Virus record (IMG/VR): IMGVR_UViG_3300014822_000096
Span: 1-55,724 of that record
DNA: 55,724 nucleotides
Direction: 5' to 3' (one strand)
Source: a virus
Taxonomy: Duplodnaviria; Caudoviricetes
The position numbers and the translations under genes were made by a program. The first letter of the stretch is position 1; every line of letters starts with the position of its first letter. This document shows, one piece after another, positions 9,837 through 19,259 of the stretch. The notes under the pieces are model-generated. The model ran no database searches, was not told the origin of the DNA, and saw only the letters and a list, made by a program, of their open reading frames with translations.

Positions 9837-10163
9837 ATGACCACACTATCAGCGGATGCGCTCGCCGTAGCGGACACCATCCTATGCGCTGAACGCAAGA
9901 TGCTAAATGAATGCACATCGATTCGGTCTATCTGGCGTCGCACGTGGTCTCGCATTCGGCGCATGAAGGACTGGATGGACGACGAATATTGCGGCTACGT
10001 GAAGTTGCATCCCGAGACTGCGTTAGCAGTGGCTCTCTTGTGTCGTGATCCAGAACGGTCTACCTACGCATGCAAGGCTGCGTTGATCCTGTCCTCACGG
10101 CGGTTGTGGTTACAGACAATCTCGAACCCCAGTGTTTCACTGTATAAAGGAGGAATAGCATGA
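9837..10163 (+). CDS. hypothetical protein
   Basis: AAGGAG RBS. Confidence 0.65.
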   Translation: MTTLSADALAVADTILCAERKMLNECTSIRSIWRRTWSRIRRMKDWMDDEYCGYVKLHPETALAVALLCRDPERSTYACKAALILSSRRLWLQTISNPSVSLYKGGIA

Positions 10164-10456
10164 ACAAGCAAGAAATCAATATATTCAAAGCGATGCACGA
10201 TTTTATAGTGTCGGCGCGAACTGCGTCATTGTCCATTCGTGTAGTCTTGGACGAACTGAAAGCGCCGGAGATGGATTCATTGGAATCGAAAGTCCAAGCG
10301 ACATCAAAGCCTGTCATCCCTACTGCGCTAAGAGATGTAGCGACGCCGTTGACGATGCGATCTTGGAGCCGACGCCTAAATGACGCCAAAGTATGCCTTG
10401 ATGACATCATCGCAATCCTGGAAGATGGCATCAAAAATGAAGGAACGCAGCCATGA
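10160..10456 (+). CDS. hypothetical protein
   Basis: AGGAGG RBS; ATGA overlap. Confidence 0.7.
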   Translation: MNKQEINIFKAMHDFIVSARTASLSIRVVLDELKAPEMDSLESKVQATSKPVIPTALRDVATPLTMRSWSRRLNDAKVCLDDIIAILEDGIKNEGTQP

Positions 10457-10644
10457 CCATCGAGCGCTACAGCGAACGAGGCGCTTACGTTCCATTGTCT
10501 CCGCCTACGCCCGAAGGCAAACAGCGGGCGATTGAGTTTCTGCGGAGATGGGTTAAGACCCCAGACAACAGAGGCAAAGACTACTGGGACGAGTTCGAGC
10601 GGGAGGTATTGGAATGTCGCAACAAACCGAATACGACAAGATGA
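10453..10644 (+). CDS. hypothetical protein
   Basis: AAGGA RBS; ATGA overlap. Confidence 0.6.
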   Translation: MTIERYSERGAYVPLSPPTPEGKQRAIEFLRRWVKTPDNRGKDYWDEFEREVLECRNKPNTTR

Positions 10645-10910
10645 TCGCTGACCCGCATAAGCGGTTTCACTTGTGCGTCGAGTTGAGCATGATCGAGCCC
10701 ATCGAAGCTTTGTGGCGTCTGCTCGAAGAGCACAACGTGACCCTGGGCGAACTCGCGCTCCGCGCCAGAATGCGGTTGTCTACGGTGACAGCGATCATGC
10801 ACGACGAACGTCCACCTGATCTACGTGAACTCGCCCAACTGTTTGCAGCTCTCGACCACGTTATCACCGCAGATGGAATCAAACCATTGAAGGAGGACAG
10901 TACGCCATGA
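10614..10910 (+). CDS. XRE/Cro-C1 type HTH regulator
   Basis: LLEEHNVTLGELALRARMRLSTVTAIMHDERPPDLRELAQLFAAL fits the XRE pattern. Confidence 0.75.
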   Translation: MSQQTEYDKMIADPHKRFHLCVELSMIEPIEALWRLLEEHNVTLGELALRARMRLSTVTAIMHDERPPDLRELAQLFAALDHVITADGIKPLKEDSTP

Positions 10911-11194
10911 ACGACTTGGGTCCTGTCGCAGAATGGCTGGTGTACTTCGGCGTGGGCGTTGTGCTGCCTGTCGCCATCGCACTTCTTGCGGCTGCTCTTG
11001 CAGGCGGTCGCAAATACTTTGCTCTGAAGGGGAAGGATGATGATGCAGCGAATGAGGCTTTAGTCATATCGACTGTAGTCTGCATGTTGGTGTGGATGGC
11101 GGCGCTGTTCATATCGCTGAATGTTCTCATAGACCATCCGCCGCACAGGCAACAGCAGGACGGTGACCAATGCCCCCCGACAGCAACCCAATGA
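10907..11194 (+). CDS. membrane protein with two TM segments
   Basis: two hydrophobic segments; AGGAGG RBS. Confidence 0.7.
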   Translation: MNDLGPVAEWLVYFGVGVVLPVAIALLAAALAGGRKYFALKGKDDDAANEALVISTVVCMLVWMAALFISLNVLIDHPPHRQQQDGDQCPPTATQ

Positions 11195-11655
11195 TAGACG
11201 ACTACGCGCGCAGTCTATTACACCTCTGTACCTTGTTTAGCCAGCACATTGGAAATGAATCCGCTGTCGCCATGCGCATCATAAACCCAATCGCTGACTG
11301 TAGAGGTTGCGAAATCAACATTGAGGCTGACGCGGGCTCTGCGAGAATCCATGCATACCCTGAAACCCTGGACGAGGGCGAAGAGGTTCTCGATTTTATT
11401 GTGTGCAACCTCACTAGATACCACGGGCAGTGTCGTTTATGTCCGATTGTCGCTGTTGTCTTGTCAGCTGCATGGAGTCTCGACGCAGCCAATGCCATAT
11501 TATCCAGCCGTTACATTTACCAGAAACTCATGATGCGCAGCGAGTTCAACAAACTACTACGCCTATGCACACGGAAACCCGAAACGATATCTGGTTGGTA
11601 TCGGACTCGTAGTCAAATCTTGTCTTGCACAAACACAAACACCAGACTCACGTGA
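11170..11655 (+). CDS. hypothetical Cys-rich protein
   Basis: ORF in operon; start may be 11191. Confidence 0.55.
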   Translation: MPPDSNPMIDDYARSLLHLCTLFSQHIGNESAVAMRIINPIADCRGCEINIEADAGSARIHAYPETLDEGEEVLDFIVCNLTRYHGQCRLCPIVAVVLSAAWSLDAANAILSSRYIYQKLMMRSEFNKLLRLCTRKPETISGWYRTRSQILSCTNTNTRLT

Positions 11656-11742
11656 TCGCCGTAAAGTCTCTCCACGCCCGAAGGTCGGGTGCGGAGATGA
11701 ATCGGCATGGGCTAATCAGCCCGCAAGAAAGGAGGATGCACA

Positions 11743-11868
11743 ATGCATCTCACCGGCGAACTGGTGTCGGAGACGGTCGAGCCCAAGACTGTCTTCGACG
11801 AGGAATATGAGGAGCTGGAGCAGACTCAGCAGGAGGCACAGGAGGCACACGCTGGCGTAGGGGCATGA
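11743..11868 (+). CDS. 41-aa acidic peptide (not in the ORF track)
   Basis: AAGGAGG RBS; MHLTGELVSETVEPKTVFDEEYEELEQTQQEAQEAHAGVGA; followed by a terminator. Confidence 0.6.
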   Translation: MHLTGELVSETVEPKTVFDEEYEELEQTQQEAQEAHAGVGA

Positions 11869-11884
11869 GACTGGAGGCCCCCCT

Positions 11885-11922
11885 GGCCCCTGCGGTCGCA
11901 AGGCCGCAAGGGGCCTTTCTTA
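11885..11922 (+). terminator. intrinsic terminator
   Basis: GGCCCCTGCGGTC-GCAA-GGCCGCAAGGGGCC then TTTCTT. Confidence 0.65.
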
Positions 11923-11967
11923 TGCAGTCGTTCGATGGTCGAACGCTGCACTTGCAAGGAGACGGTT

Positions 11968-12282
11968 ATGAGCAAGAAAACAAGCGAGTAAGAAAAGGAC
12001 TTGTTGAAGTCGCTGGCTACTGAGGTCGCACACCTCCAGAATGCCATATCGGATCTGACCCACACCGCAATGGATGTTGCAATGTTGGTTCATACCGACG
12101 ACTACCAGCAGCGTCTGGAGCTGGTTCGACACATTCTGTACTACGTGAAGGAAGCTACAAGCCCCTGGATGAATCAGCGCGTCGGAGACTTCTGCCGATA
12201 CTTGAGCGCCAGCAAGCGCGACGCGGCCCTTGAGGCTATCGCATACGTGGATGAGGAGGAGGAGGAGGAGGACGACACCTGA
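11968..12282 (+). pseudogene. paralog of 14215-14541 with in-frame TAA at codon 8, or a TTG-start gene from 12001
   Basis: AAGGAG then ATG 11968, TAA 11989-11991, frame continues; DDYQ.R..L.RHI..YV.E...W...RVGDFC shared with the paralog. Confidence 0.55.
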
Positions 12283-12300
12283 CGGGTGAGGAGGTAGCTG

Positions 12301-13200
12301 ATGTCCAACGGACGCATTGATGTATTCAGGTCCTACAAGGACCTTTGCAGGTGGCTCGGACACGAGCCGCATCGCAGGCCGATGACTCTGGAGGAGTATC
12401 AGCTGTGGAAACTCGCTGCCGAACGACTACCGCTCGCCCACCGCGTCCACGGGCTCTTCGGCTTCGGCGTCGATCAGCACTACGAGAAGCATCTGGCTGA
12501 AATAATGATCCGGCGTTCAATGCAGTTGCGTTACAGTCGCAGGCTCGACAGGATCCGAGTCTATACCCGTACTGTGTTCCGGCGCTACCGCGATGGGTTA
12601 CGCCTGATCGCGGAGCGCGCGGAGATGGGCGCCACACCGATGTGGCAGGTGGAGCGCGGCTTTGTGGAGCTGTCGCCGCGATCGTTCAGCGCACGGCGTG
12701 CTGTCAGACACGTAGCGAGGGATCGCATGCAGTCTCGCACACGGCGCGGTCTGCGCGCTCCCGATGGCGGCCTATGGGGCGTGCGAGAGTTTTCCATAGG
12801 AGGCGGCAAGCTCATCTCGCCTATCATGAAAACGGTCTGGGAACGTCCTGCTCTTGTAGCCAACACGTTCGATGACTCGACTGAGGTGAAGGGCGCTGCT
12901 GGCATCCATGCATGTTGGCCAGCGTGGCCTCACGCATGTCGTGATTACTCTGCCGCAGTTTATGGATTGGTTCGTGGCTATGGCCGCACCGTACAAGGCG
13001 ACAACGGCTGGCGCGCCGAGCGCGTCATCATCGAGGCGCTGCTGGTGCGATCCAGGGATCTGGAGAAGGAGCTGCGCCGGTCATACCCCGAGGCGTTGGT
13101 GCACTACATCCCGATCGACGAACGCATCTGCATCCGGAACGATCCGTTCGAGCGGATCATGCTTCATTACTCTATTCGCATGAAGGAGGAGGTCGCGTAG
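12301..13200 (+). CDS. conserved hypothetical enzyme-like protein (tandem paralog 1)
   Basis: GAGGAGG RBS; DGGLWGVR, GIHA and LVRGYGRTVQGDxGWRAERVIIEA. Confidence 0.8.
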   Translation: MSNGRIDVFRSYKDLCRWLGHEPHRRPMTLEEYQLWKLAAERLPLAHRVHGLFGFGVDQHYEKHLAEIMIRRSMQLRYSRRLDRIRVYTRTVFRRYRDGLRLIAERAEMGATPMWQVERGFVELSPRSFSARRAVRHVARDRMQSRTRRGLRAPDGGLWGVREFSIGGGKLISPIMKTVWERPALVANTFDDSTEVKGAAGIHACWPAWPHACRDYSAAVYGLVRGYGRTVQGDNGWRAERVIIEALLVRSRDLEKELRRSYPEALVHYIPIDERICIRNDPFERIMLHYSIRMKEEVA

Positions 13201-14145
13201 ATGGGCCGGCACCCCGCACTACGTTCATGGGATGACATGATTGAGTATTACAACTTCATCGGCGACACAATCTTCGAGCCGCAAACATGCACGGGTTCGT
13301 ATATTGCCAGCCGTGCTGCGTGTCTGCCATTGGGCCATCGTGTCTTCCGGCTCAATGCGTTCGGTGTGCACGCAGGAGAGGTGTCTGCCCTGAATGATCT
13401 GCTGGCGAAGCGCCATGCTCTGCTGTCGGAACGGAGTATGCGTCGACTCCGTCGTGACACTCCTGACTGGGAGTTTCCCGTCCGTCGCTATCGCTGTGGA
13501 GCCGTGCTGGCCGCGAGGCGCATGAGGTTTGGAGGCCCGTACCTGTACCGCGTCTACATGGATGGTGCGCCTGTCGTCGATCTATACTACCACGATAGGC
13601 GCACCGCATTACGATGCGCGGTCTACGCCCTCCAATGCACAGGCCGACACAGATATCGCCGTGGCGCCAAGTCGTCTGACGGCGGCCTGTGGGGTGTGCG
13701 GACATTCGAGACTGTCTGGAAGCATGGCCGGCGCTGGCTTATGTCCCCTTACACACACACCCTATGGACAACACCAGCGCTCGCTGAACGAAGGTTCGAT
13801 GATTCGAACGAGGTGCGCGAAGCACGCGGTATACACGCCAACTGGCCAGGACGGAGGCATGCGTCCAGAGGAGTGAGCTGGCTACCCCTGTTGGAAGCAC
13901 ACACGGCTCTGGCGCTGGTTCGTGGCTACGGTAGGACAGTGCAAGGCGACGAAGGCTGGCGCGCCGAGCGCGTCATCATCGAGGCGGTGCTGGCGCCTGA
14001 AGAGCGCATGGCGCGCGAGCTGCGCCAGACATACCCAGAGGTCAACGTGATCCTGTGGAAGGACGGATACGAGAGCATCAATGCGTTCAACGACCCCCTC
14101 GACGCAATCATCCGAAATGACGCAAATCAGGCGAAAGCGACATAG
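13201..14145 (+). CDS. conserved hypothetical enzyme-like protein (tandem paralog 2)
   Basis: same motifs; 33-nt exact identity between 13006-13038 and 13954-13986. Confidence 0.8.
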   Translation: MGRHPALRSWDDMIEYYNFIGDTIFEPQTCTGSYIASRAACLPLGHRVFRLNAFGVHAGEVSALNDLLAKRHALLSERSMRRLRRDTPDWEFPVRRYRCGAVLAARRMRFGGPYLYRVYMDGAPVVDLYYHDRRTALRCAVYALQCTGRHRYRRGAKSSDGGLWGVRTFETVWKHGRRWLMSPYTHTLWTTPALAERRFDDSNEVREARGIHANWPGRRHASRGVSWLPLLEAHTALALVRGYGRTVQGDEGWRAERVIIEAVLAPEERMARELRQTYPEVNVILWKDGYESINAFNDPLDAIIRNDANQAKAT

Positions 14146-14214
14146 CACTTCCGCATGCCCGACGGTCGGGCGTGAGATCGCACGCAGTATCGGCCAACAT
14201 AAAGGAGCCACAAA

Positions 14215-14541
14215 ATGAGCGAAAAGTCGAAAGCCAAACGCGACGCCAAACAAGAGGCCGTCATGGACTCGCTTGCAAACAGCGTAGATGCCGTAGTTAC
14301 TTCAAAATGGAATCTGGCCAAATACGCCATGCGTTTCGCAGCCTTGGTCGAAGATGACTACCAGCTCCGCGTCTGCCTGGCAAGACATATCGTGAACTAC
14401 GTGTGCGAGTCCAGTCCACTTTGGCCGTCGATACGCGTCGGAGACTTCTGCGAGAACTTGCGCGCTGGGAACATCGACGACGCTATAGCCGCCATCGGCT
14501 ATGACCCTGACGAATGCGAGTGCGAGGAGGAGTCATGCTGA
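14215..14541 (+). CDS. hypothetical protein, paralog of 11968-12282
   Basis: AAGGAG RBS; acidic C-terminus. Confidence 0.75.
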   Translation: MSEKSKAKRDAKQEAVMDSLANSVDAVVTSKWNLAKYAMRFAALVEDDYQLRVCLARHIVNYVCESSPLWPSIRVGDFCENLRAGNIDDAIAAIGYDPDECECEEESC

Positions 14542-14912
14542 TAGAATCATGGAAAATAGATAAAATCAAACCCTATAACAATCACCCACGGGTGAACGAG
14601 TTGGCGGTGGCCGCAGTCGCCAAGAGCATCCGGATGTTCGGCTTCCGCCAACCGATCGTCGTCGACACCGATGGCGTGGTCCTCGCAGGCCACACCAGAC
14701 TCAAGGCCGCTTCGATCCTTGGTATGGAATATGTTGATGTGGATGTGGCGATTGGGATCGAAAGGGAGAAGTTACGTGCCTTTCGGCTCGTAGACAATGC
14801 AATCCACGAGTTATCACGTTGGAACAAAGACCTCTTGGCGCGCGAACTTGAAGCTGTTCGCACGGCTGGAGTTGATGTATCACAGATGGGATTCGATCGT
14901 GATACTCCATAG
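14535..14912 (+). CDS. stand-alone ParB/Srx N-terminal domain protein
   Basis: IKPYNNHPR, SIRMFGFRQPIVVD and LAGHTRLKAA. Confidence 0.88.
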   Translation: MLIESWKIDKIKPYNNHPRVNELAVAAVAKSIRMFGFRQPIVVDTDGVVLAGHTRLKAASILGMEYVDVDVAIGIEREKLRAFRLVDNAIHELSRWNKDLLARELEAVRTAGVDVSQMGFDRDTP

Positions 14913-15155
14913 GGACCCAAGGAAACCGAGGGCTATGACGAATGACTAAGAATATCGCACAAGGCAACACTGCTGCAGATATAAGCGTGCCGGCGCACAT
15001 CTTCGTTAGACGACCGAACGGCAAACTCATAGATTTACATATTCGCAAGGCGTCTTCACGGCCGAGAGGCCGCGCTGAGTCTTTTCCCTGCGCTCGACGT
15101 TCGGGTGCGGAACCACACACGTGCGATAACACGCCCTAACAAAGGAGGTACACCG

Positions 15156-15419
15156 ATGTACACAGCATCGTCAGTTTCCATGGAAAAACTGAAAGAGGAT
15201 TTTGCTGCTGTCGCCGAGGAACCTGAGATTCTTCAGCGGATGTTGGCGTACCAAGGCGCACGAACGGCTTTGGTCGATGCGCTCGTGAGCCGTTATGGCG
15301 CAGCGCCTGAGCGACATCTTCCTGCTGCTCGTGTGCTAGATTGGGCACGAGGTCTCTCAAGCGCTAGCCTCATTGTAGTCGCAGAGGCATATCTGCAAGA
15401 GCAGGAGGATCAACAGTAA
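15156..15419 (+). CDS. hypothetical protein
   Basis: AAGGAGG RBS; ATG at 15156. Confidence 0.7.
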   Translation: MYTASSVSMEKLKEDFAAVAEEPEILQRMLAYQGARTALVDALVSRYGAAPERHLPAARVLDWARGLSSASLIVVAEAYLQEQEDQQ

Positions 15420-15461
15420 CCTGAACAACATATGGAGATGCATAAATAAAGGAGCAACCAA

Positions 15462-15929
15462 ATGAGCAATAAGACGGAAGAAGCGAGTGAGAATATTTAC
15501 ACTGTTCCTATTGACGATCAAAGGGCGATGACTCTAGCTTACATCGTGTGGGATATTTTCTATTACCTTGAAGGAGCAGTCACAAAGATCAGGCTAAGAG
15601 ATTCCCTGATTGAAGCACTAAAGGAACAAGGTGTTCGATTGTATCCAGGTTGGTATGTAGGTGTCTTCGGCGAAAAGAAGATTTCCCTGATGCGCATAGG
15701 TGAAAACAACACAGTGTTGGCAAATGACGTTTATGACGATATGGAATCTGCATGTAAGCGTGTTGGCGTCTCTATCGAAGATGCTCCTGGGACGGACCAG
15801 GCTGACTGGCTGCACGGAGCCAAGCATCTTCTCATGTGGTTGATCTTCGATGTTGCTTTTATACCGCCCGACGCCGTCGTTTACGCACCTTTGCTGTTGG
15901 GTGGTGACAAGGACGAGACAAATGGCTGA
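15462..15929 (+). CDS. hypothetical protein
   Basis: AAGGAG RBS. Confidence 0.75.
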   Translation: MSNKTEEASENIYTVPIDDQRAMTLAYIVWDIFYYLEGAVTKIRLRDSLIEALKEQGVRLYPGWYVGVFGEKKISLMRIGENNTVLANDVYDDMESACKRVGVSIEDAPGTDQADWLHGAKHLLMWLIFDVAFIPPDAVVYAPLLLGGDKDETNG

Positions 15930-16293
15930 TCTGCAAACGTTACGGCGAAGGATGCCTCGTCCTCCACTACGCACTATCTCCGCAGCAACCGCAGGCGCCG
16001 CGGTCACCGCAGCCGCAGTCTACTTCGCAGGGCCCGCCGCATTGTCGCGCGTCTTGTCGAACTACGCATCCCCTATGGCCGTGGTCGTCGCAGGCGACGA
16101 GGTCATCATCGAGGTTGACGACTGCTACTGGTATGCCCGCATCACGACGACGGCGCCTGCCCGCGTCCAAGGAACCAATGGCCGACCTATCTGGATATTC
16201 CGCGCTGACCCTCGCTCACGGTGGGCGCAGGGCTCCGCGGGCGTCCCCGCAGCGCCGGGCTGCTCGCCCGAGTGGCTCTCAACGCTGCCATGA
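15922..16293 (+). CDS. hypothetical protein with N-terminal hydrophobic segment
   Basis: ATG at 15922 overlapping the previous stop. Confidence 0.55.
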   Translation: MADLQTLRRRMPRPPLRTISAATAGAAVTAAAVYFAGPAALSRVLSNYASPMAVVVAGDEVIIEVDDCYWYARITTTAPARVQGTNGRPIWIFRADPRSRWAQGSAGVPAAPGCSPEWLSTLP

Positions 16294-16307
16294 CACGGAG
16301 GCTTCTC

Positions 16308-16766
16308 ATGCCGAAGACAAAGCAGAGACCGAAGTCCACACCCGCAGACGTGTTCGATGTCTACAGCCGTGCGGGCAGACTACAGAGCCAACTCGACATC
16401 GCCATCGCCTCCTGCGACCCTGACGTTCGTCGATGCTTCGAAGCGCTTCGCGAACGTCTCACACGTTTCCATCCCTCGGACTACCCAACGTCCGCTCTCG
16501 ACCAGGGCGTCTACTTCTATGAAGTATGGGCCATTCTTGGCTCTGTGCGCCGCATACTCCGCGTTCTCGAAGAGCCCAACAAGATGGCCCGCCGCTACAA
16601 CCGTGCATCCGAAGACGACATGTATATACTGCCCGTCGCCACAATCACCCGTCTAAACCGCATCGCTGTGCACTGCGACGCCATGCTCGACGAGGCCGAA
16701 TCCCTATTGACCACATTGACTGACAACGCTCGTAGGAGGAAGCAACCATGTCCCGCGAAGACCTGA
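16308..16766 (+). CDS. hypothetical protein
   Basis: GGAGG RBS; ATG at 16308. Confidence 0.7.
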   Translation: MPKTKQRPKSTPADVFDVYSRAGRLQSQLDIAIASCDPDVRRCFEALRERLTRFHPSDYPTSALDQGVYFYEVWAILGSVRRILRVLEEPNKMARRYNRASEDDMYILPVATITRLNRIAVHCDAMLDEAESLLTTLTDNARRRKQPCPAKT

Positions 16767-17164
16767 TCCGTCGATACGTTCACTGCCTCATCGAACTCTT
16801 CGCAACACTGCAAGAGCACACGCTGACCGGACTCATGCGTCTGATCCCCGACACGCGTATGGGCATCATCTCACACGAAGATGTCTCGAAAGCCCTCTCC
16901 CGACTTACAGAAGACGGAGCCATACGCAAAGTGTCTGCGCTCGAACCTCCCCTATACACGCTCCTGAAACTGCCGGAATACAACAGCGAACTACCCCACA
17001 TCACATACAACTTCGAGGTCTGCGACGCACAGAGGATTCAGCGCATGGTCTCACGAGCATTCTGGGCCATTGCATACTTACCACGTTGCACACCATCACC
17101 CCCAGAGGGGCTACGTTCACTCATCGACGAGCTCATCAAGACTTACCAGAATCGCGTTCGTTGA
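16748..17164 (+). CDS. hypothetical protein, possible winged helix
   Basis: AGGAGG RBS; VSKALSRLTEDGAIRKV resembles a wHTH recognition helix and wing. Confidence 0.6.
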   Translation: MSREDLIRRYVHCLIELFATLQEHTLTGLMRLIPDTRMGIISHEDVSKALSRLTEDGAIRKVSALEPPLYTLLKLPEYNSELPHITYNFEVCDAQRIQRMVSRAFWAIAYLPRCTPSPPEGLRSLIDELIKTYQNRVR

Positions 17165-17191
17165 CGCGACGCACACAGGAGGACTGCAGCC

Positions 17192-17599
17192 ATGCCATAC
17201 CCGTCCGACGACTACCTCGAACCCGCTCCCATCGACGACGACACATCCGTCGAAGATCCGTGGGACGACGACGACTACTACAACCATTCACGCTACGACG
17301 ACAGCCCCGCAGACCCAGACAACGAAGACCCTGACCCATACGACCCCACCGAGTGGCATCCCGACTACGCTACGCCCGCCCGCAAAGACGCGCTGGACCC
17401 CGAACACATAAGCCAAATCCTATCCCGCTACCTTTCAGGCTTCGATCGTGACACACTCGCTGAATCCGCAGCCCTGGCCCTCTTCAAGAAACTCGATTCC
17501 TACGTCGCCGCTCTACGCAAACACAACATCACCCACAGAGAAGTCATCAATCACCTCACCGAATACATCGAAGCCCGCGAACGGAACGAATCAGCATGA
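17192..17599 (+). CDS. hypothetical protein with highly acidic D/P/Y-rich N-terminus
   Basis: AGGAGG RBS. Confidence 0.75.
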   Translation: MPYPSDDYLEPAPIDDDTSVEDPWDDDDYYNHSRYDDSPADPDNEDPDPYDPTEWHPDYATPARKDALDPEHISQILSRYLSGFDRDTLAESAALALFKKLDSYVAALRKHNITHREVINHLTEYIEARERNESA

Positions 17600-18018
17600 G
17601 CGACCCCCCTCCCACAGCCGGCCTGCACTCACAGCACGACATGGACGACGCCGCGATCAACACCTACCTCATGAACAAAACACCTCCACACCTCAAACCC
17701 TACAACATCACAAAGGATGAGATTATCGGTGATTCCTACACGGCATACTACAAACGCATCCACAACATCATAGCGATGTGTCGTCTATACACACGAGACG
17801 CATCTTTCTATCCACGCCTGAACGCATACCTCAACAACGCGATAGCAGCCACAGATGCAGCCGTCCACGAATACCACACCATGCAAGACTCCCCATCTTA
17901 CGCTAAGTTCGCATCTATCGCAATCACACTTGAACTACTGCGCCAATATGCCAAAGAGTATAGATACAGACAACACTGGCCCGACTGCCTGTTCACGGAA
18001 CTGCCTCGCCGCAACTGA
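17596..18018 (+). CDS. hypothetical protein
   Basis: ATGA-coupled ORF. Confidence 0.65.
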   Translation: MSDPPPTAGLHSQHDMDDAAINTYLMNKTPPHLKPYNITKDEIIGDSYTAYYKRIHNIIAMCRLYTRDASFYPRLNAYLNNAIAATDAAVHEYHTMQDSPSYAKFASIAITLELLRQYAKEYRYRQHWPDCLFTELPRRN

Positions 18019-18050
18019 TACGCGCCCTCAACCCACAGGAGGATACAGCA

Positions 18051-18380
18051 ATGACCGACGACCTTCGCAAACTGAGCGGATTGACCATCTCAGAAATCCT
18101 CGACAAGAGCGCACGATTCCCTCTTCCCATCTCCACCGTCTTCATTCGCATCGTCGAGGTCGCCGTGGACTATGTTCTCAAAAGCCCCGCGCCCGACACC
18201 GAAGCGGTCAACGAAATGCTCACATCCCTCGTAGACCTCATCTATGAAATGGCAGCTGTCCTCCCACATGGAGAGTGGTGGACCAAGAAGTTCATCAACG
18301 ACATGGACCACATGGGCAGCATCGCTCACGCCATCCAGCGCCTCTCGTTCCTGACGAACTCACCTGACTCCTCTGACTGA
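18051..18380 (+). CDS. hypothetical protein
   Basis: AGGAGG RBS. Confidence 0.7.
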   Translation: MTDDLRKLSGLTISEILDKSARFPLPISTVFIRIVEVAVDYVLKSPAPDTEAVNEMLTSLVDLIYEMAAVLPHGEWWTKKFINDMDHMGSIAHAIQRLSFLTNSPDSSD

Positions 18381-18392
18381 TCACCCTACCCC

Positions 18393-19259
18393 ATGTCCAA
18401 ACAGCGAACTGCGACCACCATCGTTCCATACTTCGGAGCAAAGGGACGCCTCGGCTCCAAGATCGCAGAACTGCTCGGACAGCACACCACCTATTTCGAA
18501 CCGTTCTGCGGCTCCCTCGGCGTATTCCTGGCCAAGCCACCCTGTCGCATCGAGGTGCTCAACGACGCCTACGCCGACCTCATCAACCTTATCCGCATCA
18601 TAGCGCATCCAACGCTCCACCTCCGCCTCTACCGCATGCTCCGCCGCCTACCCTCCTCCGAAGACCTCCACCGCGAATACAGACAACTCCTCACGCAACC
18701 ATTCGATCTCTCCTCACCAAACCTCGAACGCGCCGTCGCCTTCTTCTACGTCTCCTTGACCTCTCTCGCAGGCACAGTAGGTGTGCGAACAAAGCCAGCG
18801 TTCGCCGCCAGATATGACATGACAGGCGGCACATCCGTCTCTCGCCGCCGCTGCGCAGTCAACTCCATCCCGTTCTTCTTCCGCCGCCTCCGCGACGCAA
18901 TCATCATGAACCGCGACGCCTTCACCCTCATCGACCGCATCCCTGACACACCCGCCACCGCCATCTATTGCGACCCACCCTACCTCTCCAAGAAAGGCTC
19001 CTACATCCACGACTTCACGGACGACGATCACGCACGCCTGTCCGACTCCCTCTCCCGCTTCAAGCACGCCCGCATCGTCGTCTCCTATTACGACGATCCA
19101 CGCCTCCATGACCTCTACCCCAACTGGACATTTGTTCCCGCCCCCATCCGCGCAGGCCTTTCCTCACGTATGGCTCCGGAGATGCTCATATGCAACTTCG
19201 AGCCCCCCTCCCACAGCAGTGATGATTCGCCGCTATTCACACCAGGAGAGACGCAATGA
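18393..19259 (+). CDS. dam: Dam/D12-family N6-adenine DNA methyltransferase
   Basis: PYFGAK, YFEPFCGS (SAM binding), EVLND and YCDPPY catalytic motif. Confidence 0.93.
   Translation: MSKQRTATTIVPYFGAKGRLGSKIAELLGQHTTYFEPFCGSLGVFLAKPPCRIEVLNDAYADLINLIRIIAHPTLHLRLYRMLRRLPSSEDLHREYRQLLTQPFDLSSPNLERAVAFFYVSLTSLAGTVGVRTKPAFAARYDMTGGTSVSRRRCAVNSIPFFFRRLRDAIIMNRDAFTLIDRIPDTPATAIYCDPPYLSKKGSYIHDFTDDDHARLSDSLSRFKHARIVVSYYDDPRLHDLYPNWTFVPAPIRAGLSSRMAPEMLICNFEPPSHSSDDSPLFTPGETQ

Noticed and set aside
10614-10910. Lysogeny module
   Set aside because: It is a single XRE gene co-oriented in an operon, with no integrase, divergent cI/cro pair or ParA.
12301-14145. Diversity-generating retroelement TR/VR pair
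   Set aside because: There is no reverse transcriptase and the differences are not adenine-specific; these are ordinary paralogs.
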